26,611 nucleotides of DNA, taken from the IMG/VR virus record IMGVR_UViG_3300008116_000327, positions 1 to 26,611 of that record; one strand, 5' to 3'. A program made the position numbers and the translations under genes. Below the pieces are notes generated by a model that worked only from the letters and a program-made list of their open reading frames with translations, was not told where the DNA came from and made no database searches. Below are positions 26,569 to 26,611 of this stretch, in pieces. Origin of the DNA: a virus. Taxonomy: Duplodnaviria > Caudoviricetes. Within the stretch, counting starts at the first letter, position 1; each line of letters begins with the position of its first letter.

Positions 26569-26611
26569 TGTTTGGTTATGACAATTTAGCGAATTATTTT
26601 AATTGTAACTT
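26568..26611 (+). CDS. gp51: Baseplate hub assembly catalyst gp51, 5' fragment only
   Basis: TAATG overlap with gp26. MFGYDNLANYFNCN resembles the gp51 start (xxLxNYyxxNF), and the position is as expected. Only 14 codons are visible. Confidence 0.65.
   Translation, partial: MFGYDNLANYFNCN

Noticed and set aside
1-26611. Alternative genetic code, tRNAs, terminators, or a bacterial T6SS/eCIS locus
   Set aside because: Long ORFs are intact in the standard code and use all three stops. Intergenic gaps are under 20 nt, with no RNA genes or hairpin-U tracts seen. gp2 and gp4 head-related genes indicate a true phage.

Overview
A gene-dense, AT-rich segment of a large T4-like myovirus genome. The gene set and order resemble marine/freshwater cyanophage- and pelagiphage-type T4-likes rather than T4 itself. 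It covers the baseplate/tail module. Minus-strand operon, in transcription order: gp48, gp53, putative hub (gp27-like), gp5 (no lysozyme, long C-terminal extension), a 293-aa unknown, gp25, gp6, gp7, gp8, a DUF4815/VrlC-like protein encoded as two genes, a 75-aa conserved protein, and a beta-repeat fibre gene that runs off the left edge. Plus strand: gp4, gp2, gp54-like, gp26 and the start of gp51. Main findings: (1) the DUF4815/VrlC gene is split, and its N-half ends in a poly-Pro linker, GGGG and an atypical Hint (intein-like) domain; (2) a T_TTT_TTC slippery site at the end of gp26 whose -1 frame runs straight into gp51, like lambda G/GT tail-chaperone frameshifts; (3) apparently nested beta-modules in gp7 and gp8; (4) two apparent deletions, at the gp53 C-terminus and at the gp4 N-terminus with the divergent promoter region. 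All product calls come from motif recognition by eye; no searches were run.
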